The notes under the pieces were generated by a model, which saw only the letters and a list, made by a program, of their open reading frames with translations, did not search any database and was not told the DNA's origin. Position numbers and translations under genes: made by a program. From NCBI GenBank assembly GCA_019313915.1, contig JAFDAJ010000002.1:31098-95097 (forward strand): DNA of 64,000 nucleotides. The letters run 5' to 3'. Every line of letters starts with the position of its first letter. Positions within the stretch are counted from its first letter, which is position 1. Source of the stretch: Deltaproteobacteria bacterium (lineage in GTDB: Bacteria > Myxococcota_A > Polyangia > Polyangiales > Houyiibacteriaceae). Below, piece by piece: positions 35,649 to 44,831 of the stretch.

Positions 35649-37924
35649 TGGCGGGGCGTCGAATTGAGATTCGAGGAACGGTGCAGGGCGTCGGGTTTAG
35701 GCCCTGGGTCCACGGTGTCGCGCGGTGCGCCGGCGTCACAGGGAGGGTGCGAAACGACCCGCGCGGTGTGACGATCGAGGCTTTTGCCGATGAGGACGTG
35801 CTAGAGGGTTTTCTCGAGCAATTACGGGCAGGTGCGCCGCCGCCCGCGAGGGTTGTAGAGCTCCGCTCGACGCCGATTCCCGAAGTGGAGCTGGACGACT
35901 TCGTCATCGAATCGAGCGGCGCCACGGGGGACAAGGCCCTGTCCATTTCGCCAGACCTGGCGACGTGCACCGAGTGCGAGGCCGAGGTCTTGGACCCAAG
36001 CAATCGCCGCTACGGCTACGCGTTCACCAACTGCACGAGGTGCGGCCCGCGGTTCACGATTGCAACGGGGATCCCATACGACCGCGCAGCGACGACGATG
36101 TCGGCGTTCGAGATGTGCCCCGCCTGTCGCCGGGAATATGACGACGTCGAAGACCGACGCTTTCACGCTCAACCCAACGCGTGCCCGGAATGCGGACCGT
36201 CGTTGAGTCTCGTCGGTCTCGGCGGCGATCTGGATCCCGCCACCGATCCGGTGGGCGCCACCGCCGACCTCTTGAAGCGCGGTGCTGTCGTCGCCATCAA
36301 AGGCTTGGGCGGGTTTCATCTTGCGTGCGATGCGAACGATGCAGCCGCGGTGCAGCTTCTACGTGAGCGTAAGCACCGCGACGAAAAGCCGTTCGCGGTG
36401 ATGACCGGCGACCTAGATGCAGCGCGACAGCTCGCAGAGCTGACGCCCGAAGAAGAGGTCTTGCTGACCGCGCCCGAGCGCCCGGTAGTCCTCGTGCGCG
36501 CCCGGCCCGAGACAGGTCTGGCCCGCGATGTGAGCCTGGAAAGCCCGCTTCTAGGGCTCTTTTTGCCCTATACGCCGCTGCATCACCTGCTGTTGGCTGC
36601 AGTTGACGGGCCCCTCGTAATGACCTCTGCGAACGTGTCGGACGAGCCGATTTGCCGTGACAACGACGAGGCCGAGCGCCGGCTAACGGGGATTGCGGAT
36701 GCCATCTTGCTGCACGACCGCGATATCGCGATGCGTTGTGACGACTCGGTCGTGCGAGTGATTGCGGGCACGCCCACGATCATACGGCGTTCTCGAGGCT
36801 TCGTCCCGCGTCCTTTTCAGTTGGCGCGACCGGTCGCTCAACCGGTGCTCGCTTGCGGCGCGCACCTCAAGAACACGTTTTGCATTGCATCTGGAGATAC
36901 TGCTTACTTCGGTCCCCACATCGGCGATTTGGAAACGGTTGCTGCGCTCGACTTCTTCGAGGAAGCCATCGACCGAATGCAAACGATTCTTGGAGTTCGC
37001 CCGCAAGTGGTCGCCCATGACCTGCACCCCGGGTACATGTCGACGCGATACGCGAAAGCTCTCGCGGATTCCGTTCAGGTCGGGGTGCAGCATCATCACG
37101 CCCATGTTGCGAGCGTGATGGCGGAGCACCGGGTTTGCGGGCCGGTGCTTGGCGTTGCTTATGATGGCACGGGTTTTGGGGACGACGGGACGTCTTGGGG
37201 CGGCGAGTTTTTGCTGTGTTTTCCGAACCGTTTCGAACGTCTGGCAACATTTCGACCCGTGCGTTTGCCAGGGGGCGATCGGGCGATGCGAGAGGTGTGG
37301 CGAATTGCCTACGCAATGTTGCACGACGCGTTTGACGGCAGTCCGCAGATCGACTCGCTTCCCTTGTTCCGCGGTATTGCGCCAGAGTCGATTCGGATCG
37401 TGTCCCAGATGATCGAGCGAGATCTCAACGCGCCGCGCGCGCGCGGCGTAGGTCGCTATTTCGACGGGTTCGGGTCGCTCGCGCTGGGACGCCCGGTGTC
37501 GACGTACGAAGGTCAGGTTGCAATCGCCTGGGACCACATGGCGAGTGACGAGGCGTGCGACCCCTACCCGTTTGCACTCGACCGCAGCACGTCGCCGATG
37601 GAAGTCGATTTACGGCCCGCGGTGCGCGCGGCCTTCGAGGAAGTGGTGTCGGGTATGTCCCCGGCACACGTGTCTGCGCGTTTTCACAACACCGTCGTGA
37701 CGGTCACGGTAGAGGTCCTGGAGGCGCTCCTGGCAGAACTTGGACGCCTCCCTGTGGCCCTGACGGGCGGGGTTTTCCACAACGAACGGCTCGCAGCGGG
37801 AGTTGCGGAGAACTTACGTAATGATATCCGTGTGTTACGACACGGCCAAGTCCCGCCGGGGGACGGTGGAATTGCTCTCGGTCAGGCCTTGATCGCGGAC
37901 GCGTTTCTGGGAGACAAAGGTTGA
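35645..37924 (+). CDS. hypF: [NiFe] hydrogenase maturation carbamoyltransferase HypF
   Basis: 759 aa. Acylphosphatase-like N-terminus (IRGTVQGVGFRPWV), two zinc fingers (CTECEAEVLDPSNRRYGYAFTNCTRCGPRF; CPACRREYDDVEDRRFHAQPNACPECGP), and YrdC and Kae1-like domains. Confidence 0.95.
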   Translation: MMAGRRIEIRGTVQGVGFRPWVHGVARCAGVTGRVRNDPRGVTIEAFADEDVLEGFLEQLRAGAPPPARVVELRSTPIPEVELDDFVIESSGATGDKALSISPDLATCTECEAEVLDPSNRRYGYAFTNCTRCGPRFTIATGIPYDRAATTMSAFEMCPACRREYDDVEDRRFHAQPNACPECGPSLSLVGLGGDLDPATDPVGATADLLKRGAVVAIKGLGGFHLACDANDAAAVQLLRERKHRDEKPFAVMTGDLDAARQLAELTPEEEVLLTAPERPVVLVRARPETGLARDVSLESPLLGLFLPYTPLHHLLLAAVDGPLVMTSANVSDEPICRDNDEAERRLTGIADAILLHDRDIAMRCDDSVVRVIAGTPTIIRRSRGFVPRPFQLARPVAQPVLACGAHLKNTFCIASGDTAYFGPHIGDLETVAALDFFEEAIDRMQTILGVRPQVVAHDLHPGYMSTRYAKALADSVQVGVQHHHAHVASVMAEHRVCGPVLGVAYDGTGFGDDGTSWGGEFLLCFPNRFERLATFRPVRLPGGDRAMREVWRIAYAMLHDAFDGSPQIDSLPLFRGIAPESIRIVSQMIERDLNAPRARGVGRYFDGFGSLALGRPVSTYEGQVAIAWDHMASDEACDPYPFALDRSTSPMEVDLRPAVRAAFEEVVSGMSPAHVSARFHNTVVTVTVEVLEALLAELGRLPVALTGGVFHNERLAAGVAENLRNDIRVLRHGQVPPGDGGIALGQALIADAFLGDKG

Positions 37925-37943
37925 TGCCCCAAGGAGCTTTCCC

Positions 37944-38267
37944 ATGTGCTTAGGTGTCCCAGGCAAGGTGATCGAGGTCGACCGCGAGATGCAAATCGCG
38001 ACCGTCGACTTCTGGGGTGTGAAGAAGCAGGTGCGACTCGAGGTCTGTGACGCGCCCGTCGATCCAGGCGACTTCATCTTGAACCACGTCGGCTTTGCGA
38101 TTCGCCGGATCCCCCCGGAGGAGGCAGCCGAGACCTTGGCGCTGTATGACGAGCTGCTTCGGCTGGCCGACGAGCAGGATTTGATGACCGCTGACGTTCG
38201 CGCTGAGCTCGATGCGTCACCCGATGCAACGGAGTCACCCAACGGAGCGCGCAATGATGGCGAGTGA
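37944..38267 (+). CDS. hypC: Hydrogenase assembly chaperone HypC/HupF with an acidic C-terminal tail
   Basis: 107 aa; starts MCLGVPGKVIEV (essential Cys2). About 25 extra acidic residues at the C-terminus. Confidence 0.9.
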   Translation: MCLGVPGKVIEVDREMQIATVDFWGVKKQVRLEVCDAPVDPGDFILNHVGFAIRRIPPEEAAETLALYDELLRLADEQDLMTADVRAELDASPDATESPNGARNDGE

Positions 38268-39402
38268 CACATTCGCTCAGCTGAAGTTCCGAGACCCTGC
38301 ACGCGCGCGCGGACTGCGAGACACGCTCGATCGGCTCGTCCAGCAAGCGGATCATGCCCCGGTCTCGGTCATGCACGTGTGCGGAAGCCATGAGCAGGCG
38401 ATCGCAAAGTTCGGGCTCAGAGCCGCTTTCCCCGAAGATTTGCAGGTGATCATGGGCCCTGGCTGTCCGGTCTGCGTCACCGATATCCCGGAAGTGGATG
38501 AGGCAGTCGCACTTGCGAAACAGGGCGTTCGCATTGCGTCGTACGGCGACATGCTACGCGTGCCAGGGACCTCACAATCGCTTGCGGACGCGAAAGCAGA
38601 GGGCGCAAAGGTCGACGTCGTGTACAGCGTGACGCAGGCGGTAGACCTCGCGCGCAATCACGACGAGGAAATCGTCTTCTTCGCCTCGGGCTTCGAAACG
38701 ACGGCGGTCGCGACGGCGGCCATTCTGGTCGATGACCCCCCCGACAACTTCTCCGTGCTGTCTGCACACAAGTACATCCCGCCGGTGATGGAGATTGTCG
38801 CGGAGATGCCGGAGACGAAGGTCGAAGGATTTCTCGCTGCGGGACACGCGGCGACGATCACCGGGTCGGCCGTGTTCGAGAAGTTTGTCGAGCGTCACGG
38901 CCTGCCGGTCGTGATTGCTGGCTTTGAACCGCTCGATGTCCTGGCGGGCCTGGTAAAGCTCCTCGAGGTCATCAACAGTGGCGAACCGCGTGTGGAAAAC
39001 GCCTTTCCCCGTTGCGTGACGCGCGAAGGCAACGTTCAGGCACAGAAGCTTCTCTGGAAGGTGTTCCGGCCCACGGGTGGGCGCTGGCGAGGCATTGCGC
39101 ACGTGCCCAACGGGAACCTCCGCTTGCGAGACGAGTTCGCGCAGTACGACACGCGGAAGCGCTTCACCATCGACGCATCTGCACTTTGGCAGTACGCGCC
39201 GCCCAAGCTCGTGCAGCAGTGTCAGTGCGGCGACATCATGGCGGGCATCTCATCGCCGTCGAGCTGCCAGCTCTTTGGCAAACAGTGCACGCCGGACGCC
39301 CCGGTGGGCGCATGCATGGTGAGCGCCGAAGGCACCTGCAGGATCTGGCATCAGTACGGCGGGCGCCCGGACCTGCGTTCGATCAAGCGAGGCGCCGCAT
39401 GA
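38254..39402 (+). CDS. hypD: Hydrogenase maturation factor HypD
   Basis: In-frame part of ORF 38212..39402; ATG 38254 overlaps the hypC end. Shows FRDP, MHVCGSHEQAI, GPGCPVCVT, FETTA and C-terminal CxxHxxxxxC-type Cys motifs. Confidence 0.92.
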   Translation: MMASDTFAQLKFRDPARARGLRDTLDRLVQQADHAPVSVMHVCGSHEQAIAKFGLRAAFPEDLQVIMGPGCPVCVTDIPEVDEAVALAKQGVRIASYGDMLRVPGTSQSLADAKAEGAKVDVVYSVTQAVDLARNHDEEIVFFASGFETTAVATAAILVDDPPDNFSVLSAHKYIPPVMEIVAEMPETKVEGFLAAGHAATITGSAVFEKFVERHGLPVVIAGFEPLDVLAGLVKLLEVINSGEPRVENAFPRCVTREGNVQAQKLLWKVFRPTGGRWRGIAHVPNGNLRLRDEFAQYDTRKRFTIDASALWQYAPPKLVQQCQCGDIMAGISSPSSCQLFGKQCTPDAPVGACMVSAEGTCRIWHQYGGRPDLRSIKRGAA

Positions 39403-40439
39403 CGCGGAATGCACGATTGGTCGACGAACGGATCACGCTGAAGTACGGCACAGGTGGAGGCGCAATGCGCGCGCTGATCGAGCAGGTCTTCGCCAAAGGC
39501 TTGGGCGACGTCGGGGACGACGGCATCGGCCTGCAGGCGATGGACGACGGCGCCGCTATCCGCCTCGGCGACCAGTATTTGGTGATCGCAACCGACTCGC
39601 ACGTCGTTCAACCGATCGAGTTCCCAGGAGGCGATATCGGGCGCCTTGCGATCTCCGGAACAGTGAATGATCTCGCCATGATGGGGGCGACGGAGCCGCT
39701 GGCTCTGACCTGCGCAGTCATCATCGAAGACGGCTTCGAACGCGACGTGTTGAAGCGGATTTGGGAGTCGATTCGCGCGACGTGCGAGGAAGCCGGAACG
39801 ACGATCGTGACCGGGGACACGAAAGTGATGGGACACGGAGAGCTCGACGGCTTGGTTCTGAACACGACGGGCGTCGGGCTCACGAAGCGTGTGGTGTCGG
39901 ATGCCGGGCTTCGACCGGGCGATAAGATTCTGGTTACGGGAACGATGGGTGATCACGGACTCGCGATCATGGCGACCCGGAACGAGCTGGCTTTAGAGAC
40001 GACGCTCGAGTCCGACGTCGCGCCGGTGCACACGTTGGTGCGGCGGGCGCTCGACATCGGAGGGGAGGGCGTCGTGGCATTGAAGGACCCTACGCGCGGT
40101 GGCTTGTCGAGCGCGTTGCACGAGATGGCCGACAAGAGCAATGTCGGGATCATCATCGACGAGACCCTCGTTCCGCTCCGTGACGAGGTTCGCGCCGTCG
40201 GTGAGCTCCTCGGAATCGATCCCCTGGTGTCGGCAAACGAAGGCAAGGCGGTCTTCGGGCTGCGACCCGACTGCGCTGAGGGCGTGCTCGACGCCGTCCG
40301 ATCGCATCCGCTAGGTCGGAATGCGGCAATTGTGGGCGAATGCGTGTCCGAACGACCGGGCTTCGTGGTGCTCGATACCGGGTTCGGGAGCCGGTTGTTG
40401 GCGGAAGCAGAGGGTGAGCTCCTCCCGAGGATCTGCTGA
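39399..40439 (+). CDS. hypE: Hydrogenase maturation factor HypE
   Basis: In-frame part of ORF 39012..40439; ATG 39399 overlaps the hypD stop (ATGA). 346 aa with a PurM-like fold. Ends ...ELLPRIC, the C-terminal PRIC motif typical of HypE. Confidence 0.93.
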   Translation: MTRNARLVDERITLKYGTGGGAMRALIEQVFAKGLGDVGDDGIGLQAMDDGAAIRLGDQYLVIATDSHVVQPIEFPGGDIGRLAISGTVNDLAMMGATEPLALTCAVIIEDGFERDVLKRIWESIRATCEEAGTTIVTGDTKVMGHGELDGLVLNTTGVGLTKRVVSDAGLRPGDKILVTGTMGDHGLAIMATRNELALETTLESDVAPVHTLVRRALDIGGEGVVALKDPTRGGLSSALHEMADKSNVGIIIDETLVPLRDEVRAVGELLGIDPLVSANEGKAVFGLRPDCAEGVLDAVRSHPLGRNAAIVGECVSERPGFVVLDTGFGSRLLAEAEGELLPRIC

Positions 40440-40442
40440 GCG

Positions 40443-41294
40443 ATGGGCAAGATGGAGCAGATGAAGCATATCCGAATCGAGCGAGAAGGCGCCGTTGGCA
40501 TCCTTACGATCGCGCGCCGTGAGCGCCTCAACTCACTCGATGTGGAGACGGCGCAAGACTTCCGCAGAGCGGGGCTTCAGCTCGCACGTGACCGAGACGT
40601 ACGCGCCGTGTTGATCCGTGGCGAAGGTGGTGTGTTCTGCAGCGGCGCTGACTTGAAGTACATCCGCGACGGCGGCGACCGAGACGATCTAGGATACCTG
40701 CAGCCCGATACCCGCAAACCGGATGAAGGCTACGGAGAAATCTTCAAACAGATCCTCGAGTACATTCACAGCACGATCTCGGAGATCCGGAGAGCGCCGA
40801 AACCGTTCATCGCCGCGGTCGATGGGCCGGCGGCTGCTGGCGGTTTTGGAATTGCGATGAGTTGCGACCTGGTCATCGCGTCCGAACGCGCGTGGTTCGA
40901 GTGGGCCTACTTCAAGACCGGGCTCACCGGCGCAGAGAGCTCGACTTTCTTCTTGCCCCGTTTGGTAGGCCTTCGAAAGGCGCTCGAGCTGGTGCTCTTG
41001 AACCCGCGCCTAACCGCGCGCGACGCCCTTGACTGGGGCCTGATTAACCGAGTAGTTCCGGATGGTTCGCTTGATTGTGAGGCATTGAAAATTGCGACCC
41101 AACTTGCGAAATCGCCCACTGCGGCAGTCGGTGTAGCCAAGAACCTCCTCAACCAGGCCGCAGGGATGGATCGCCTGGACGTTCATCTCGACGCCGAGCT
41201 CACGGAGCTCGCACGGATCGCAGACGGTCCAAACTTTGCCGAAGGCCTTGCTGCCTTCTTCGAGAAACGCTCACCGGAGTTTGAAAGCGAGTAG
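40443..41294 (+). CDS. Crotonase-fold (enoyl-CoA hydratase/isomerase superfamily) protein embedded in the hyp cluster
   Basis: 283 aa. Shows AVLIRGEGGVFCSGADL (oxyanion-hole region) and FIAAVDGPAAAGGFGIAMSCDLVIA. In my by-eye alignment to rat ECH, the two hydratase glutamates are replaced by Gly and Tyr. Confidence 0.8.
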   Translation: MGKMEQMKHIRIEREGAVGILTIARRERLNSLDVETAQDFRRAGLQLARDRDVRAVLIRGEGGVFCSGADLKYIRDGGDRDDLGYLQPDTRKPDEGYGEIFKQILEYIHSTISEIRRAPKPFIAAVDGPAAAGGFGIAMSCDLVIASERAWFEWAYFKTGLTGAESSTFFLPRLVGLRKALELVLLNPRLTARDALDWGLINRVVPDGSLDCEALKIATQLAKSPTAAVGVAKNLLNQAAGMDRLDVHLDAELTELARIADGPNFAEGLAAFFEKRSPEFESE

Positions 41295-41297
41295 CCC

Positions 41298-41645
41298 GTG
41301 CACGAGTACTCCATCGTCGCTTCTTTGATCGATCGCGTGCAGCAGGAAGCTGCCGTCCATGGTGGCACTCGCGTGCATCGCTTGCATGTGAAGATAGGTG
41401 AGCTGTCAGGGGTGGAGCTCGACTTGTTGAAGACCGCCTTCGAGACGTTTCGTGAGCGAACGATTTGTGATGGGGCGGAGCTCGCGATCGACCGCGTTGC
41501 TGCGTCCTGGGCTTGCCCCTCATGCAAGCGTCCGGTCCTGCGTGGTGCGATCCTGCGGTGTGACACGTGTGGACGACCTGCGCGCATGGTCGAGGGAGAC
41601 GAGATCATCTTGGAGCGAATTGAAATGGAGGCCCCCGATGTGTGA
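41298..41645 (+). CDS. hypA: Hydrogenase nickel-insertion protein HypA
   Basis: 115 aa, GTG start. N-terminal MHEYSI (Ni-binding MHE) and zinc site CPSC...CDTCG. Confidence 0.92.
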   Translation: MHEYSIVASLIDRVQQEAAVHGGTRVHRLHVKIGELSGVELDLLKTAFETFRERTICDGAELAIDRVAASWACPSCKRPVLRGAILRCDTCGRPARMVEGDEIILERIEMEAPDV

Positions 41646-42384
41646 AACGTGCGGATGCGGTGACCCGGAAATCGTTCCCATCGAGGTACAGGAACGGATC
41701 CTGTCCGACAACGATGCCCAGGCGGACCATAATCGGAGTCATTTCCAAGGCTTAGGGCTCTTGGCGATCAACTTGATGGGGTCCCCGGGCGCGGGAAAAA
41801 CCGCGGTGCTCGAAGCCACTGCCAAGGAAGCCGGTGGGCGCCTCAAGCTCGGTGCCGTCAGCGGCGACCTCGCGACCGAGCGGGACGCCGATCGACTGAA
41901 CGCGTCGGGGATCGTCTCTGCAACGATTACAACCGGGTCGGCCTGCCATCTCGACGCCCGTCTCGTGCATCGTGCTTTGCATGACTTCCCGGTGAGCGAC
42001 CGCGACATCTTCTTCATCGAGAACGTTGGCAACCTAGTGTGCCCGGCGATCTATGATCTGGGCCAAGCGGCGAACGTCGTCACGCTGTCGGTTACCGAAG
42101 GCGAAGACAAGCCGCTCAAGTACCCGGTGATGTTTCAAAAGGCCGACCTGGTGTTGCTCACCAAAGTCGACTTGCTTCCGCACCTCGACTTCGACGTAGC
42201 AGCGGTCGAGGACGCCCTCGCGCGCGTGATGCCCGGAGCCAATTTGCTCAAGGTCTCGGCCAAAACCGGGGAAGGCATCGACGCCTGGCTGCAGTGGCTC
42301 GAAGAGCGGCGCCCGGCTCCGGTCGAGCAAGCAACCGAGGGACATGTGCATCATCATCACGAGCACCAGCATGAACACCGCTAG
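41638..42384 (+). CDS. hypB: Hydrogenase nickel-insertion GTPase HypB
   Basis: In-frame part of ORF 41452..42384; the ATG overlaps the hypA end by 8 nt. N-terminal MCETCGCG (high-affinity metal site), P-loop GSPGAGKT, NVGNLVCPA, and a His-rich tail HVHHHHEHQHEH. Confidence 0.93.
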   Translation: MCETCGCGDPEIVPIEVQERILSDNDAQADHNRSHFQGLGLLAINLMGSPGAGKTAVLEATAKEAGGRLKLGAVSGDLATERDADRLNASGIVSATITTGSACHLDARLVHRALHDFPVSDRDIFFIENVGNLVCPAIYDLGQAANVVTLSVTEGEDKPLKYPVMFQKADLVLLTKVDLLPHLDFDVAAVEDALARVMPGANLLKVSAKTGEGIDAWLQWLEERRPAPVEQATEGHVHHHHEHQHEHR

Positions 42385-43024
42385 CCTTTTCGCCTCCCTG
42401 GCCATCGCCGCTATCACCGTGGGATCATTGCATTCTTTGGCGCCGGACCACTGGCTTCCGATCGCGGCCGTAGCCCGGGCGCGGGACTGGTCGAGGGCAC
42501 GGGCAGCGCGCGTGGCATTGATCTGCGGCCTTGGACACGTGACGGTTTCCGTGTTGCTCGGGCTGCTCGCATTGATGTTTGGGACGCAACTTTTTCAATC
42601 ACTTGGCGAGCGGATGGTATCGGTCGCGGGTTTGTTGTTGATCGGGTTCGGAGTGGCCTACGCGATCTGGGGTCTCCGCGGGGCATTCGTGCATCGGCTT
42701 CACGGGCATCACCATCATCACTACGATCACGTGCACGACGCATCTCGGGCATCGACGTGGTCGCTGTTCTTGATCTACTGCGCGGACCCGTGCGTCGCCG
42801 TCATCCCGATCCTTTTCGCGGCAGCTCCGTTGTCCGCTGCAGAGACTGTCTCCATCGTCGTCGCGTACGAGGTGGCCACAGTTGGTGCTATGGTTGCGTT
42901 GGTTGCGCTCGCACACTCGGGCGCACAGCTGTTCAAAGGAAAGTGGATCGAACGCTACGGCGACAGCGTGGCGGGCGGGCTGATCATCGCGACTGGCATC
43001 ATGGTTGCCGTTCTTGATTGGTAG
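42371..43024 (+). CDS. Small His-rich polytopic membrane protein, putative Ni/Co transporter
   Basis: In-frame part of ORF 42344..43024; ATG 42371 overlaps the hypB end. 217 aa, ~6 TM. H-x4-D-H in TM1 (LHSLAPDHWL) and a loop HRLHGHHHHHYDHVHD. The family (NiCoT / HupE-UreJ / NicO-like) is unresolved. Confidence 0.6.
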   Translation: MNTASLFASLAIAAITVGSLHSLAPDHWLPIAAVARARDWSRARAARVALICGLGHVTVSVLLGLLALMFGTQLFQSLGERMVSVAGLLLIGFGVAYAIWGLRGAFVHRLHGHHHHHYDHVHDASRASTWSLFLIYCADPCVAVIPILFAAAPLSAAETVSIVVAYEVATVGAMVALVALAHSGAQLFKGKWIERYGDSVAGGLIIATGIMVAVLDW

Positions 43025-43070
43025 GCGGAGCCGCGGACAGATTCGGGGACTGGACCCCATAGACGAAGGT

Positions 43071-43904
43071 ATGTATATGAAATTCAAGCAAAATGTGCTG
43101 CGGATTGTTTCCGCGGGGCTTCTCATCATCGGTGCGACCGGGTGCACTCAGGTCAACGCCGGCAATCTCGGCGTTGTGACCAAGTGGGGTGAAATCCAAG
43201 ACGTTGCGCTCCAGGAGGGTATCCATTTTCGGACGCCCGTGAAGACACAGATCATCAACATCTCGACTCGCGTCCACAAGATGGAGGCAAGCGCGACCGC
43301 ATCGTCCAAGGACCTTCAGGTCGTGTCGACGAGAATCGCGCTGAACTACAGAGTCGATGCGGCGCAGATCGTGGAGGTCTTCCGCAACGTCGGGACGCGC
43401 TTGGTCGTCGAGAACACGATCATCGATCCAGCGCTGCAGGAGTCTCTCAAACAGGCCACCGCGCAGTACACCGCCGAAGAGCTGATCACCAGGCGTCAAC
43501 AGGTGAAGGAAACGCTCACTGACAGCATCCGTGCAACGCTTGCCAAGAGTAACCTTCTCGTCACTGAGCTTTCGATCACGGACTTCCAGTTCGACGCGCA
43601 GTATCAGCAGGCGGTCGAGTCGAAGCAGGTCGCTGAGCAGCGCGCGCTCACCGCGAGGAATGACCTCGCGCGCATCAAGGTCGAAGCCGAACAAGCCGAG
43701 GCGAAGGCGCTAGGTGTGGCGAAAGCGATGCTTGCCCGAGCCGAGGCCGAAGCCAAGGCGCAGGAGCTCCTGAGGAAGACAATTAGCGCAGAAATCGTGT
43801 ACTTGCGTGCGGTCGAGAAGTGGGATGGGAAGCAGCCAACGATCGTCGGAGAAGGCGGTGCGATCCTCGATCTGGGCGCGATCAAGAAGGCAGCCGGCCG
43901 CTGA
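43071..43904 (+). CDS. SPFH/band-7 (prohibitin-like) lipoprotein
   Basis: In-frame part of ORF 43005..43904. MYMKFKQNVLRIVSAGLLIIGATGC is a lipobox. SPFH core GVVTKWGEIQDVALQEGIHFRTPV, followed by an Ala/Glu-rich coiled coil. Confidence 0.85.
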   Translation: MYMKFKQNVLRIVSAGLLIIGATGCTQVNAGNLGVVTKWGEIQDVALQEGIHFRTPVKTQIINISTRVHKMEASATASSKDLQVVSTRIALNYRVDAAQIVEVFRNVGTRLVVENTIIDPALQESLKQATAQYTAEELITRRQQVKETLTDSIRATLAKSNLLVTELSITDFQFDAQYQQAVESKQVAEQRALTARNDLARIKVEAEQAEAKALGVAKAMLARAEAEAKAQELLRKTISAEIVYLRAVEKWDGKQPTIVGEGGAILDLGAIKKAAGR

Positions 43905-44819
43905 TCAGCGCCCGTCCTTCACGAGGCTCGCGAGCTTCGGCAACAGTGACTCGTGAAGCCCGTCATGGCGCGGGTCGTTGCTGCTCATCGCACGCAGGAT
44001 GCCGTTCTGGTCGATCAGGTGAAACCCGGGAATCAGTTTCCGGCTTTCGGGACGGATGAATCGCTGGTCTCCGATCAGTACGACTTGGTTCCTATTACGG
44101 TCCATTCCGAAGTGACGCGCCCATGCTCGCGCGTCGTCTTCGGCGGGAGGACTTCGACCGTCCATGCCGTAGAGTACGAGCTGCACGAACACGATATCTG
44201 GATGATCCAGTGAGACCTTGGCATAGCCTTGCGCGTAGCTCTCGATCGAGCCGAGCCCGCGCTGCGGTTCGATCCCTCGGAAGCGCTCTGTCCCGGCCTC
44301 GTTGCCGCCAGCGAAAGCGTGGCACGCGCGGCAAGTCAGTCCGACCACCTCGAGCAGTACCACTTTGCCCCGGAAGTCACTGATCGCGGTGACCTGCCCG
44401 GTCTGGTCCTTCAAAACGAGGTTTGGATAGAACTGCCCGACCGCGGGAGGCCAATCTCGCAATTGCTTCGTGGGCTCGTATTTTGCGGGGTGTTTCGCGC
44501 GAATGGGTGTCATTTCCAGCGGGGGAGCACGGCGGCTGTGACTCGGCTGAAGCGCGCCGGGGTCCATCTCCTTCAACGCGGCGATCGGATCTTTTTCGAC
44601 TTCTCGGAGCCAGTCCCTGGGTTCAGGCGCGGGTGGCGCCTGGAGCTTGGAAGCAACCCAGTCCGCATCGATGACCGCAGGAGTCGCCTCGTCTGCGGGC
44701 GACTGCCCGAGGCTCTCGGTCTCGGACGGAGGGGCCGTCGATGCGCCGCTCCAATCACAGCCAAGCGACGAGAGCAACAGCGCTATGCCTAACAGCTGCG
44801 CTGATCTAGGTCTGAGCAC
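43905..44819 (-). CDS. Thioredoxin-fold (redoxin/TlpA-like) lipoprotein with a CRACH motif
   Basis: 304 aa. Lipobox LLLSSLGC and a ~120-aa Pro/Glu-rich linker. Redoxin-type strand and motif GKVVLLEVVGLTCRACHAF. Confidence 0.7.
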   Translation of the reverse strand: MLRPRSAQLLGIALLLSSLGCDWSGASTAPPSETESLGQSPADEATPAVIDADWVASKLQAPPAPEPRDWLREVEKDPIAALKEMDPGALQPSHSRRAPPLEMTPIRAKHPAKYEPTKQLRDWPPAVGQFYPNLVLKDQTGQVTAISDFRGKVVLLEVVGLTCRACHAFAGGNEAGTERFRGIEPQRGLGSIESYAQGYAKVSLDHPDIVFVQLVLYGMDGRSPPAEDDARAWARHFGMDRNRNQVVLIGDQRFIRPESRKLIPGFHLIDQNGILRAMSSNDPRHDGLHESLLPKLASLVKDGR

Positions 44820-44831
44820 CCGCCGAGGATA

